Shown here: positions 34,384 through 44,053 of the stretch, piece after piece | How positions within the stretch are numbered: the stretch's first letter is position 1 | How the letters are laid out: each line of letters starts with the position of its first letter | Origin: an uncultured Bacteroidales bacterium | GTDB taxonomy: Bacteria > Bacteroidota > Bacteroidia > Bacteroidales > VadinHA17 | Length of the DNA: 64,000 nt | Direction of reading: 5' to 3' | Assembly: GCA_963732575.1 (NCBI GenBank) | Contig: CAVTAA010000009.1 | Span: 10,619 to 74,618 of the forward strand | Notes under the pieces: generated by a model | Told to the model about the DNA's origin: nothing | Seen by the model: the letters and a program-made list of their open reading frames with translations, nothing else | Database searches by the model: none | Position numbers and translations under genes: made by a program

Positions 34384-35667
34384 ATGAAAAACAAGATCAT
34401 ACCCCCGGGGTATCTCTTTTCAAAGAGCTATTCCAACTATGTGTTCATTCTGCTCTTTCTGCTCTACCTTTTTGATTATGCCGACAGAATGGTGGTCAAT
34501 TCGATGTTCTCCTATATACAGAATGACCTTGGCATAAACGATTTTCAATCAGGATGGCTGGTCTCAGTCATTTATCTTACCATTGGTCTGCTGACTTTTC
34601 CCGTTTCTCTTGTTATTGACCGGTGGAGCAGGACAAAGACTATAGGTATAATGGCAATAGTCTGGAGTTTGGCTACCCTGGCATGTGCTTTTACCGGCAA
34701 TTATATTCAACTTTTCATGGCCCGCATATTCATTGGTTTCGGTGAAGCCGGATATGCACCTGGCGGCAGCGCCCTTATATCAGGTATGTATCCTATTGAG
34801 AAGCGCTCAAAAATGATGGGACTGTGGAATGCCTCAATACCCCTCGGTTCTGCTATCGGCGTGACGATGGGAGGCATTATTGCAAGTACCTGGGGCTGGA
34901 AGCATGCCTTCGGTATTGTTGCAATACCAGGTCTTATAATTGCAATACTGTTCCTCTTTGTCAGGGACTATAAGACTGTCGATCTTAATAAAGTGGACAC
35001 AGCTAATAAAAGGATTAAGATGGAAAGGAAGGATATAATTAGGGAGTTCCTTAAGAAACCTTCAGTGATCTTTACCTATTTTGGCATGACAGCAATTGTT
35101 TTCGTTACTACCGCAATGATAGTATGGCTTCCGAAATTCTTTGAAACCACAGCCGGCATGGATCCCAAGAAAGCTGGTACTCTTGCGGGTGCTGTTATGA
35201 TGCTTGCATTAATAGGGGCGCCGGCTGGTGGATATATCACGGACAAATGGAGAAAGACCGAACCCAGGGCAAGGATGCTATTCCCTGCAATCACAACTTT
35301 TATCTCAGCCCTGCTGCTGTTCATTGCCTTCTATTTCTTTAAAGGCACAGCCCAGCTGATAACACTTTTTGTCTTCGGGTTATTCATCATGCTTTTCATT
35401 TCAGGTGCAGCGGCTGTAACCCAGGATGTCATCCATCCGGGATTGAGAGCCACATCATACGCAATTGCAGTACTGGTGCAAAACCTGATAGGCTCATTTA
35501 CAGCCCCTATTGTCCTTGGCAGAATATCTGACCTGACAAATATTAAGACTGCAATGAGCATTCTTCCGTTCTCGTTGCTGATTGGAGCATTGCTCTTCCT
35601 CATTGGCTCCCGATACTATAAGGCTGATATGGAGAAAGTTACGCACATTAAGCTGGAGGCTGAATAG
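34384..35667 (+). CDS. MFS transporter
   Basis: 427 aa, about 12 hydrophobic helices, D-R-x-x-R-type loop (IDRWSRTKT). Confidence 0.8.
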   Translation: MKNKIIPPGYLFSKSYSNYVFILLFLLYLFDYADRMVVNSMFSYIQNDLGINDFQSGWLVSVIYLTIGLLTFPVSLVIDRWSRTKTIGIMAIVWSLATLACAFTGNYIQLFMARIFIGFGEAGYAPGGSALISGMYPIEKRSKMMGLWNASIPLGSAIGVTMGGIIASTWGWKHAFGIVAIPGLIIAILFLFVRDYKTVDLNKVDTANKRIKMERKDIIREFLKKPSVIFTYFGMTAIVFVTTAMIVWLPKFFETTAGMDPKKAGTLAGAVMMLALIGAPAGGYITDKWRKTEPRARMLFPAITTFISALLLFIAFYFFKGTAQLITLFVFGLFIMLFISGAAAVTQDVIHPGLRATSYAIAVLVQNLIGSFTAPIVLGRISDLTNIKTAMSILPFSLLIGALLFLIGSRYYKADMEKVTHIKLEAE

Positions 35668-36387
35668 GTGAGGATCGCCTTGCTCGGATACGGCCGTATG
35701 GGCCGTGAGATTGAGCTGGCTGCAGCCGCTGCAGGACACACTGTGGCGGTAAGAACGGATATTTTAAATGCCGGCGATCTAAACAGCGAAACGGCGACAG
35801 GCTGCGATGTAGCCATTGAGTTCACGGGACCGGAGGCAGCTGCCGACACAGTGATCAGGGCATTGTCTTTAGGTGTGCCGGTGGTCTCCGGCTCCACCGG
35901 ATGGCTTGCCAGGTATGACGAGGTGGTGCGTGTCTGCACCGAAAAAAACGGATCATTCATACATTCATCAAATTACAGTATCGGAGTAAATATACTCTTC
36001 AGGCTCAATGCTGAGCTGGCGCGGATAATGAACCTTCTCCCTGAATACAGGGCAGCAATTGAGGAGGTACACCATCTCCAGAAGCTGGATGCTCCGAGCG
36101 GCACGGCAATCAACCTTGCCAGAGATATCGCAGGAAAACACCATGCCTATGACGGCTGGCAAAAAGCAGGGGAGACCGGTGATCCGGAAAAGATTCCTGT
36201 GACATCAGTGAGAGAGGGAACGGTGCCTGGAGTACACACTGTGACATGGACATCAGATGCCGATATAATAACCCTGAGGCACGAGGCTCGGAGCCGCAAA
36301 GGATTTGCAGCAGGAGCATTGCTGGCCGCCGGCTACATTTCAACCCGCAAAGGGGTTTTTACAATGGCTGACGTCTTAAGTATTTAA
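35668..36387 (+). CDS. dapB: 4-hydroxy-tetrahydrodipicolinate reductase
   Basis: MRIALLGYGRMG Rossmann N-terminus, EVHHLQKLDAPSGTA signature. GTG start directly after the MFS stop. Confidence 0.9.
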   Translation: MRIALLGYGRMGREIELAAAAAGHTVAVRTDILNAGDLNSETATGCDVAIEFTGPEAAADTVIRALSLGVPVVSGSTGWLARYDEVVRVCTEKNGSFIHSSNYSIGVNILFRLNAELARIMNLLPEYRAAIEEVHHLQKLDAPSGTAINLARDIAGKHHAYDGWQKAGETGDPEKIPVTSVREGTVPGVHTVTWTSDADIITLRHEARSRKGFAAGALLAAGYISTRKGVFTMADVLSI

Positions 36388-36394
36388 TTATAGT

Positions 36395-36402
36395 TAGATT
36401 TG
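36395..36402 (+). promoter_or_regulatory. -7 promoter box (TAnnTTTG)
   Basis: tagatttg, 19 nt upstream of the ATG at 36421. Confidence 0.4.
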
Positions 36403-36420
36403 CACCTTAAAAACAACGAG

Positions 36421-37818
36421 ATGAACAGTATATTCCAAAGCAAGTTTTTCAAATTTGGCATTGCGGCAGTTCTTTATATCCTTTGGGTTATCTGGATGGG
36501 TAATTTCTGGTGGCTCTTCGGGTTGCCCGTGGTTTTTGACATTTATGTCAGCAAGAGGGTAAACTGGTCATTCTGGAAGAAACGCACCGGCAAGAACCAT
36601 GTCGTCATCGAATGGCTCGATGCCCTGATATTTGCAGTAATAGCTGTCACCCTCATCAACATATTCCTGTTCCAGAACTACCGCATTCCCACACCATCGA
36701 TGGAGAAATCACTGCTTGTTGGTGACCATCTGGCTGTCAGCAAGGTGGCTTACGGACCGCGTATGCCCAACACCCCCCTGGCTTTTCCGTTTACACAGAA
36801 TACAATGCCTTTCTCGAACCGCAGGGGCAAATCATGGTCTGATCTTATTCACCTTAAATACAAGAGACTTGCAGGCTTCGGACATGTTAAGAATAATGAT
36901 GTCGTAGTGTTTAATTTCCCTGCAGGCGATACTGTTTGTCTTGAAAACACAGCTGTCAGTTATTATGAGATTGTCAGGGAACGTGCAGAAATGCTTACCA
37001 CTGATGACCTCAGGGCAAACAGGAGCCTGAAGAGCAGGGAAGAGTACAATTCCCTCGCGAGACAGCTGGTATGGAATGAGAATACGGTGATCTACAGGCC
37101 TGTAGACCGTCGTGATAACTATGTAAAACGCTGTGTGGGAATCCCCGGTGATACTATCACAATAAAGAGCGGACAACTCTATGTGAATAACATCGAGGTG
37201 CCTGATAACGGAACACAGCAGACATCTTACTATGTGCGCACAAACGGCACACGCATCAATCCAAAGGCATTTGAGAGGATGGGAGTGTCAAAATCAGATC
37301 AGTCGCTCATGCTCTCAGGAACAGTTTACAAGCTGCCGCTTACGAAGGGCAATGCAAAGCTGATCTCCGGCTTCACCAACGTGACGGGTATAGAGATGGA
37401 TATCAAGAGGGCAGGGGAGTATGCCCCTTACATCTTCCCTCATGATGCGGGATACAGATGGAATGAGGATAACTTCGGACCTCTCTGGCTGCCTTCTAAA
37501 GGAGCCACGGTCAGGATTGACCCCTCCAACATTTGCCTCTATTCACAAATCATTGGAATATATGAGGAGAACGACCTGAAAATAACAGACAGCCTGATCT
37601 ACATCAACGGCAAACCTGCAGACAGCTACACTTTCAAGATGGACTACTACTGGATGATGGGTGACAACAGGCATGACTCAGCCAACTCACGTTACTGGGG
37701 ATTTGTTCCCGAGGATCACATTATCGGACGTCCGGTGATTGTCTGGTTGTCATTAGACAAGGAAGCAACAGGCCTTAAAAAGATAAGGTTCAAGAGGTTC
37801 TTCAAAAGTGCCAGATAA
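36421..37818 (+). CDS. lepB: Signal peptidase I
   Basis: Catalytic Ser box IPTPSMEKSL, KRCVGIPGD, GDNRHDSANSRYWGFVP box E. Confidence 0.9.
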   Translation: MNSIFQSKFFKFGIAAVLYILWVIWMGNFWWLFGLPVVFDIYVSKRVNWSFWKKRTGKNHVVIEWLDALIFAVIAVTLINIFLFQNYRIPTPSMEKSLLVGDHLAVSKVAYGPRMPNTPLAFPFTQNTMPFSNRRGKSWSDLIHLKYKRLAGFGHVKNNDVVVFNFPAGDTVCLENTAVSYYEIVRERAEMLTTDDLRANRSLKSREEYNSLARQLVWNENTVIYRPVDRRDNYVKRCVGIPGDTITIKSGQLYVNNIEVPDNGTQQTSYYVRTNGTRINPKAFERMGVSKSDQSLMLSGTVYKLPLTKGNAKLISGFTNVTGIEMDIKRAGEYAPYIFPHDAGYRWNEDNFGPLWLPSKGATVRIDPSNICLYSQIIGIYEENDLKITDSLIYINGKPADSYTFKMDYYWMMGDNRHDSANSRYWGFVPEDHIIGRPVIVWLSLDKEATGLKKIRFKRFFKSAR

Positions 37819-37849
37819 AAAAAAAAGCGGGTCAGCCCGCTTTTTTTTT
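37817..37849. terminator. Bidirectional rho-independent terminator between lepB and rplT
   Basis: a10-GCGGGtcaGCCCGC-t9. Confidence 0.8.
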
Positions 37850-38195
37850 ATTCTTTTACCTTATCCACTATCGCCTTGAAGGCTTCCGGGTGGTTCATGG
37901 CCAGGTCGGCCAGGGTCTTGCGGTTGAGGGTAATGCCCTTTTTGTCAAGGCCGCCGATGAATTCTGAATAGCTCATACCGTAAAGGCGTACGCCTGCGTT
38001 GATCCTCTGGATCCACAGCGCCCTGAACTGACCTTTCTTGTCTTTGCGGTCACGGTAGGCATAGGCCAGACCTTTCTCAAGTACGTTCTTGGCAACACTG
38101 TAAACATTAGCGTTGTTGCCAAAGTACCCCTTGGTCTGTTTGAAAATCTTTTTTCTCCTGGCCTTCGAGGCCGGTGCGTTTGTTGATCTTGGCAT
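37848..38195 (-). CDS. rplT: 50S ribosomal protein L20
   Basis: 115 aa. [26 protein letters not shown]. Confidence 0.95.
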   Translation of the reverse strand: MPRSTNAPASKARRKKIFKQTKGYFGNNANVYSVAKNVLEKGLAYAYRDRKDKKGQFRALWIQRINAGVRLYGMSYSEFIGGLDKKGITLNRKTLADLAMNHPEAFKAIVDKVKE

Positions 38196-38296
38196 TTTCT
38201 TTTTTCTTTTTCGGATGTAAGCGCCGTTATGGTCTTTTGTGCTTCACACCCTGGTTAATAATTCTTGTTGATTATCACGCTGTCAGGTGGTTAATG

Positions 38297-38494
38297 CTAT
38301 TTTAACCCGAGCATAAGCTTGACATTCTTCTGGTCAGCCTTGTCTACCATTCCGTCGTATGTAAGATTCCTCTTACGCTTGGTCGACTTCTTGGTAAGGA
38401 TGTGGCTTTTGAATGCATGCTTACGCTTGATCTTACCTGAACCGGTCAAAGTAAATCTCTTCTTTGCACCTGGATTTGTTTTAATTTTTGGCAT
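38297..38494 (-). CDS. rpmI: 50S ribosomal protein L35
   Basis: 65 aa. [34 protein letters not shown]. Confidence 0.95.
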   Translation of the reverse strand: MPKIKTNPGAKKRFTLTGSGKIKRKHAFKSHILTKKSTKRKRNLTYDGMVDKADQKNVKLMLGLK

Positions 38495-38521
38495 GTTTTA
38501 AATATATGTGTATAAAAAATT

Positions 38522-39079
38522 CTATTTCTTCTTTTTCGGAGAAAGGATAATGATCATCCTCTTTCCTTCCAGTCTCGGAGTCTGGTCAACCTTTCCGTAT
38601 TCATCCAGATCACTGACAAACCGTGCAAGCAGTTTTTCACCCTGTTCCTTGAAGAGAATTGACCTTCCCTTGAAGAATACATATGCTCTGACCTTTGCTC
38701 CCTCCTCCAGGAAATTGATAGCATGCTTCAGCTTGAAGTTGTAATCGTGATCGTCAGTGTTTGGTCCGAACCGTATCTCTTTAACAACTATTTTAGCTGC
38801 ATTGGCTTTGATCTCCTTCTGTTTCTTTTTTTGCTGATACAGAAACTTCTGATAATCAACTATTTTACAGACTGGTGGGTCTGCCAAGGGAGATATCTCA
38901 ACAAGATCCAGTTCCATTTCGTCGGCCAGATCGAGGGCATCCCTGATGTCCATAACCTTCGGCTCGATGTTTTCACCAACAACCCTTACTGTCCTGGCTG
39001 TGATCCTGTTGTTAATCCGGTGTTCCGGTTCCGGTTTTCTTCCCGGCCTGGGCCTGGAAAAGATTGGTCCTGCTATGAT
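38522..39079 (-). CDS. infC: Translation initiation factor IF-3, with an inferred non-canonical start (ATC 39079 or ATA 39076)
   Basis: The track ORF begins at an internal Met (38953). The conserved N-domain [23 protein letters not shown] lies in frame upstream of it. There is no ATG/GTG/TTG between the upstream in-frame TAA and that Met. GGAGGA sits 4 nt before the ATC. Confidence 0.8.
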   Translation of the reverse strand: MIAGPIFSRPRPGRKPEPEHRINNRITARTVRVVGENIEPKVMDIRDALDLADEMELDLVEISPLADPPVCKIVDYQKFLYQQKKKQKEIKANAAKIVVKEIRFGPNTDDHDYNFKLKHAINFLEEGAKVRAYVFFKGRSILFKEQGEKLLARFVSDLDEYGKVDQTPRLEGKRMIIILSPKKKK

Positions 39080-39122
39080 TTTGTCCTCCAGTTAAGTTAA
39101 TAATATGCTTTAATTCAATCTT

Positions 39123-41063
39123 TTAAACATCGATTTCTTTCGAAATCTCACTTTTGATCAGGCTGATAAACTCATCAGGTTTCATAACTCCCTTATCGCC
39201 TTCACCCTGCCTTCTGACAGAGACAGTCATGCTCTCAACCTCTTTTTCACCTATCACCAGAAGGTACGGGATCCTCTTTAACTCATTATCCCTTATCTTT
39301 TTACCTATCTTTTCACTCCTGTCGTCAATCAGGGTGCGAATATCGGAATTATTAAGGAAATTCAAAATAGTTTTTGCATAATCATTGAATTTTTCGCTGA
39401 TGGGCAGAATGACGACCTGGTCGGGTGTCAGCCAGACCGGGAATTTTCCGGCCGTATTTTCAATGAGCACGGCAATAAACCGTTCCATGGAACCGAAGAT
39501 AGCCCTGTGTATCATTACCGGCTGATGCTTCTGGTTGTCGCTGCCTGTATATGACAGGTCAAACCTCTCGGGGAGGTTATAGTCAACCTGTATTGTACCG
39601 AGCTGCCATCTTCGTCCGATGGCGTCCCTGACCATGAAATCGAGCTTGGGTCCGTAGAAGGCAGCCTCGCCTATGGCCACCGAAGTGACAAGGTTCTTCT
39701 CACCGGCAGCTTCTATGATGGCTTTCTCAGCCTTGTCCCAGTTCTCATCTGACCCTATGTATTTTTGCCTGTCAGAGGGGTCGCGCAGTGAAATCTGCGC
39801 TGTGAACTCATTGAACCCGGCAATTTTAAAGATATACTGAACAAGGTCAATGATACTCTTGAATTCTTCTTTAAGCTGATCGGGACGGCAATAATGGTGA
39901 GCATCATCCTGTGTGAAGCTGCGTACTCTTGTGAGGCCGTGGAGCTCGCCACTCTGTTCATAGCGGTAAACCGTGCCGAACTCAGCCATCCTCAGGGGAA
40001 GATCCCTGTATGAGTGCTGTGTGGCATTGTATATCTCGCAGTGATGCGGGCAGTTCATGGGTTTGAGCATGAAGACCTCACCTTCCTGCGGCGTTGTAAT
40101 CGGCCTGAAAGAATCAGCACCGTATTTTTCGTAATGACCTGAGGTCTTGTAAAGATCAACATTTCCGATATGGGGTGTGGAGACCATTACATATCCTCTT
40201 TCCCTGAGCACCTTTGTCATGAAATCAATGAGCCTCTGTTTCATGTCGGCTCCCTTGGGAAGCCACAGCGGCAGGCCCATCCCCACCTTCGGCGAGAAGG
40301 CAAAAAGCTCAAGCTCTTTCCCGATACGGCGGTGATCACGCTTGCGGGCCTCCTCGATCATTACCATGTACTCATCAAGCATCTTCTGCTTTGGGAATGT
40401 TATACCGTAGATGCGGGTCATCATCCTGCGCTTCTCGTCTCCCCTCCAGTATGCACCGGCCAGGCTAAGTACACGGATGGCTTTTATTGATGATGTATCA
40501 GGCAGATGGGGTCCGCGGCAGAGATCGGTGAAGTTACCCTGTCTGTACAGAGTGATGGTCCCGTCTTCAAGCTCCGAGATGAGCTCTGTCTTGTATTCAT
40601 CTCCTTTTTTTGTAAAGAAATCCAGGGCCTCCTGTTTACTGACCTCGGTACGCACAATGGCGCTACTCTTTGCAGCAAGCTCCTTCATGCGGTCTTCAAT
40701 GACCGGTAGGTCTGCGTCAGTAATGACTTTCCCCTGACCCGGATCCACATCGTAATAGAAGCCGTTTTCGACCGCCGGTCCGATACCGAATTTCATGCCC
40801 GGATACAGCGATTCAAGCGCCTCTGCCATCAGGTGGGCCGATGAGTGCCAGAACGCATGTTTTGCCTCAGGGTCATCCCACTTGTGCAGCTTCAGGGTTG
40901 CGTCAGTGTCAACAGGGCGGGAGAGATCCCACAGTTCACCGTTGACTGTTGCTGCATAAACATCGGCGGCCAGCCGGGGACTGACAGACACGGCTATGTC
41001 ATAGCTGCTGATACCTTTCTGATACTCCCTGACAGAGCCGTCCGGGAATGTGATCCTGATCAT
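39123..41063 (-). CDS. thrS: Threonine--tRNA ligase
   Basis: 646 aa. TGS domain [14 protein letters not shown], editing-domain HSSAHLM, class II motifs, anticodon-binding C-terminus. Confidence 0.95.
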   Translation of the reverse strand: MIRITFPDGSVREYQKGISSYDIAVSVSPRLAADVYAATVNGELWDLSRPVDTDATLKLHKWDDPEAKHAFWHSSAHLMAEALESLYPGMKFGIGPAVENGFYYDVDPGQGKVITDADLPVIEDRMKELAAKSSAIVRTEVSKQEALDFFTKKGDEYKTELISELEDGTITLYRQGNFTDLCRGPHLPDTSSIKAIRVLSLAGAYWRGDEKRRMMTRIYGITFPKQKMLDEYMVMIEEARKRDHRRIGKELELFAFSPKVGMGLPLWLPKGADMKQRLIDFMTKVLRERGYVMVSTPHIGNVDLYKTSGHYEKYGADSFRPITTPQEGEVFMLKPMNCPHHCEIYNATQHSYRDLPLRMAEFGTVYRYEQSGELHGLTRVRSFTQDDAHHYCRPDQLKEEFKSIIDLVQYIFKIAGFNEFTAQISLRDPSDRQKYIGSDENWDKAEKAIIEAAGEKNLVTSVAIGEAAFYGPKLDFMVRDAIGRRWQLGTIQVDYNLPERFDLSYTGSDNQKHQPVMIHRAIFGSMERFIAVLIENTAGKFPVWLTPDQVVILPISEKFNDYAKTILNFLNNSDIRTLIDDRSEKIGKKIRDNELKRIPYLLVIGEKEVESMTVSVRRQGEGDKGVMKPDEFISLIKSEISKEIDV

Positions 41064-41087
41064 TAATTACAAATTAAAATTAGTTTG

Positions 41088-41095
41088 CAAAGATA
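41088..41095 (-). promoter_or_regulatory. -7 promoter box (TAnnTTTG) for the thrS-infC-rpmI-rplT operon
   Basis: The minus strand reads tatctttg, 25 nt upstream of the thrS ATG. Confidence 0.4.
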
Positions 41096-41213
41096 ACTAT
41101 TTTTTACACGCTAATGTGCACCCTCTTTAATCCGCCGTATTATCATCAGTTATTACCGGAATATTATGGCACAGATTTTGGATTTCATCTTACAGCACTA
41201 ATACACGGCAGTC

Positions 41214-41906
41214 ATGAAAAGGATGATTTATTTAACGGTACTGGCAGCGATAATGCTGAGCTCATGTGAAATACAGCCTGAAGCTTACTTTTTTTCAGAT
41301 AAGATCACGGCGGAAATCGGTGAAGAAATCTTCTTTACCAACGAAACGTACAATGCAAGTCATGTTGAATGGGACTTTGGTGACGGCACCTGGTCAGATT
41401 CTTACAATGTTGTCCATTCATATTCTGCATCTGGTACCTACACTGTAGTTCTGAGCGCATTCTCTTCCACAGGTAACGTTGACAGAGCCTATGCTGAAAT
41501 AGAGGTGCTCTCGTCCACAATGCTGGAGATAGAGGTGCTGGAGTGGTATGACGAGTACCCCGTGCAGGGTGCCAGTGTGATACTCTATCCAACCTTGACT
41601 GACTGGGATAATGAGACCAACGCCATTGTTGAAGGCTTCACCAACGCGGCAGGAAAGGTGATATTCACCGACCTGGGACCTTACGTTTACTATATTGATG
41701 TCTGGCATGAAACCCATAATAACTACGCATTCAGGTATGAAGTAGATGGTCTGAAATACATGAGGACCGACCAGCTTCTTAACAACGAGCTGAACCAGTT
41801 CATTGCCTGGGTTGACTACACCGGAACCAAAAGTAGTGCCATCCGTGACAGGAAACAGATGGTGCCCTTAAAGAACAGGACAATCACCGGAACAAGAAAG
41901 AAGTAA
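41214..41906 (+). CDS. PKD-domain lipoprotein with C-terminal prealbumin-like (CarboxypepD_reg-type) domain
   Basis: Lipobox MLSSC. PKD signature WDFGDGT....V.HSYSASGTYTV. Confidence 0.7.
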   Translation: MKRMIYLTVLAAIMLSSCEIQPEAYFFSDKITAEIGEEIFFTNETYNASHVEWDFGDGTWSDSYNVVHSYSASGTYTVVLSAFSSTGNVDRAYAEIEVLSSTMLEIEVLEWYDEYPVQGASVILYPTLTDWDNETNAIVEGFTNAAGKVIFTDLGPYVYYIDVWHETHNNYAFRYEVDGLKYMRTDQLLNNELNQFIAWVDYTGTKSSAIRDRKQMVPLKNRTITGTRKK

Positions 41907-41958
41907 TTCTGCCGGAGTATAAAAATCAGATCAGCGATTTCTGATGTAATAAATTAGC

Positions 41959-41966
41959 TAAGTTTG
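41959..41966 (+). promoter_or_regulatory. -7 promoter box (TAnnTTTG)
   Basis: taagtttg, 31 nt upstream of 41997. Confidence 0.4.
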
Positions 41967-41996
41967 TGAGTTCACGAACTTAATCGAAGAAATCAC

Positions 41997-43727
41997 TTGG
42001 ATACAAAATTTGCACTTGGCGGAATAGACTACCTGATCATGGGGGTCTATTTCGTCTTTGTACTGGGTATCGGATGGGCCCTGAAAAAGTACATGAAGAA
42101 TGCCTCGGCCTTTCTCGAGGCTGGCAGATCCATCCCGGCATGGGTAGCAGGCCTGGCGTTCATCTCCACCAACCTTGGAGCATTGGAGGTGATGGGTATG
42201 ACCGGTTCAGGGCTGAAGTATGGCATGCACACCACTCATTTTTACCTGATAGGCGCCATTCCGGCTATGGTCTTCCTGGCTCTTTTCATGATGCGATTTT
42301 ATTATGGTTCCAAAGCCAGGTCAGTACCTGAATACCTGAAACTGCGTTTCAATGAGAAGACCCGGGGCCTCAACGCCATTTTGTTTGCCATAATGACTAT
42401 CCTCGCTTCAGGAATTGCAATGTATGCACTCGCAATCCTGCTTGAGAATGTGCTTGGATGGAATTTCCTTGTATCGCTTCTTGCATCGGCAGCAATAGTG
42501 CTTGCCTATACATACCTTGGCGGACTGTCATCTGCTATCTATAACGAGGTGCTGCAGTTCTTCATCATCATCATCGGCCTCCTGCCGATGGCAATTCTTG
42601 TCATGAAAGATGTGGGAGGGTGGAACGGAATGCAGGCAAGCCTGGCACCAATCGTTGAGGCCAGGGGATATGCTCCGGATACCTGGACAACCCATTGGAA
42701 ATACACTGGCAATGCCTCGGATAATCCGTTCGGGGTTGCATGGTATGGCATTTTCGCAGGACTTGGATTTGTTCTCGCTTTCGGCTACTGGTGCACGAAC
42801 TTCCTGATCGTTCAGCGTGCCATGGCAGCTGAATCAATGACTGCGGCACGCAAAGTGCCCCTCATCGGAGCCATACCTAAGATGTTCATACCGTTCCTTA
42901 TCATTCTCCCCGGTGTTGCATCGCTTGTTCTGCTGAATGATCCGGCGAAAGGATTTGCCCTGCCGCTGAATGACGCCGGCCAGCCTATCTATGATTATAC
43001 AATTATAATGCTCCTGAAACAGTACCTGCCGGCAGGCGTGCTTGGTCTTGGTGTTACTGCCCTCCTCGCATCGTTCATGTCAGGTATGGCAGGTAACGTT
43101 TCTGCTTTCAATACTGTCTGGACTTATGACATTTACCAGAGCTATATCAGACCTGTTACAGGAAATAAGGAGGCTGACGACAAACATTATCTGAAGGTCG
43201 GCAGGATTGCTACTATTCTTGGCGTGCTGGCAAGCATCGCGGCAGCATTCATAGCAAGCAAGTTCGGAAACATCATGGACTTCCTTCAGGCGATCTTCTC
43301 GATGATCAATGCGCCTCTCTTCGCAGTGATTTTACTGGGAATGTTCTGGAAACGGTCTACGGGAAATGCAGCCTTTACGGGTCTGCTCGCGGGCTTTCTC
43401 ATTGCGCTGCTGCATCACGGACTGAGCGTACCGGAGGGGGCTACCACACTTGTCAAAGGAGGGTGGATCGCTCCGCTGATTACATATCCTGTTGAGATGG
43501 CTCAGAATTTCTGGACAGCAATTTACGCATTCTCGGCTGCATTATTACTGACCGTGATTCTATCGCTTCTGGCAAAGCGCACAAAGACCGATGAAGAGCT
43601 CAACGGCCTGGTCTATTCAATGACTCCCAAACTCGACGACAGTGGCGTACTATGGTACAAGAGGCCATGGTTCCTTGCTGTGATCGTCGGTGTAATGTTT
43701 TTCGGGCTCACAATATTGTTCTGGTAA
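41997..43727 (+). CDS. Sodium:solute symporter family (SSF/SGLT-type) transporter
   Basis: 576 aa, about 13-14 helices, typical SSF N-terminal pattern (GGIDYLIMGVYFVFVLGIGW...AGRSIP.W). The start codon (TTG at 41997) is uncertain. Confidence 0.8.
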   Translation: MDTKFALGGIDYLIMGVYFVFVLGIGWALKKYMKNASAFLEAGRSIPAWVAGLAFISTNLGALEVMGMTGSGLKYGMHTTHFYLIGAIPAMVFLALFMMRFYYGSKARSVPEYLKLRFNEKTRGLNAILFAIMTILASGIAMYALAILLENVLGWNFLVSLLASAAIVLAYTYLGGLSSAIYNEVLQFFIIIIGLLPMAILVMKDVGGWNGMQASLAPIVEARGYAPDTWTTHWKYTGNASDNPFGVAWYGIFAGLGFVLAFGYWCTNFLIVQRAMAAESMTAARKVPLIGAIPKMFIPFLIILPGVASLVLLNDPAKGFALPLNDAGQPIYDYTIIMLLKQYLPAGVLGLGVTALLASFMSGMAGNVSAFNTVWTYDIYQSYIRPVTGNKEADDKHYLKVGRIATILGVLASIAAAFIASKFGNIMDFLQAIFSMINAPLFAVILLGMFWKRSTGNAAFTGLLAGFLIALLHHGLSVPEGATTLVKGGWIAPLITYPVEMAQNFWTAIYAFSAALLLTVILSLLAKRTKTDEELNGLVYSMTPKLDDSGVLWYKRPWFLAVIVGVMFFGLTILFW

Positions 43728-43744
43728 CTTAAAATATTGATAAC

Positions 43745-43960
43745 ATGATAGATATAAGATTTCCGCTAGGACTGATGTTCTCAATATTCGGGGTGATACT
43801 GACCATTTACGGTCTGGTCACGATTGGCAATCATACCATGTATGCAACTTCGCTGGGCGTGAATGTCAACCTGATATCAGGCATCTTTACTCTGATATTT
43901 GGTTTGGTGATGCTCTTTTTCTCCGGTCCGGTAAGGAAAAAGCTGAGGAAGAAAAGCTAA
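43745..43960 (+). CDS. Small two-helix membrane protein of unknown function, downstream of the SSF transporter
   Basis: 71 aa, two hydrophobic helices, basic tail RKKLRKKS. 17 nt after the transporter stop. Confidence 0.4.
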   Translation: MIDIRFPLGLMFSIFGVILTIYGLVTIGNHTMYATSLGVNVNLISGIFTLIFGLVMLFFSGPVRKKLRKKS

Positions 43961-43968
43961 CTCTTTCT

Positions 43969-44042
43969 ATTTGCGATTGTCGATTCCCGATTTTCGATTT
44001 AGGAATTTTTCAATCGTAAATCGCAATTCGCAAATCGCAAAT
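43969..44042. repeat. Imperfect 74-bp palindrome built from about 7-nt CGATT-type units, between convergent genes
   Basis: ATTTGCGATTgtcgattcccgattttcgatttagg / aatttttcaatcgtaaatcgcaattcgcaAATCGCAAAT. The outer 10 nt are perfectly complementary. Confidence 0.8.
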
Positions 44043-44053
44043 TTCAGAAACTC

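Noticed and set aside
38196-38296. L20-binding regulatory leader in the 100-nt rpmI-rplT spacer
   Set aside because: I could not identify a convincing pseudoknot or conserved structure by eye. The known L20 operators sit before rpmI or infC, not here.
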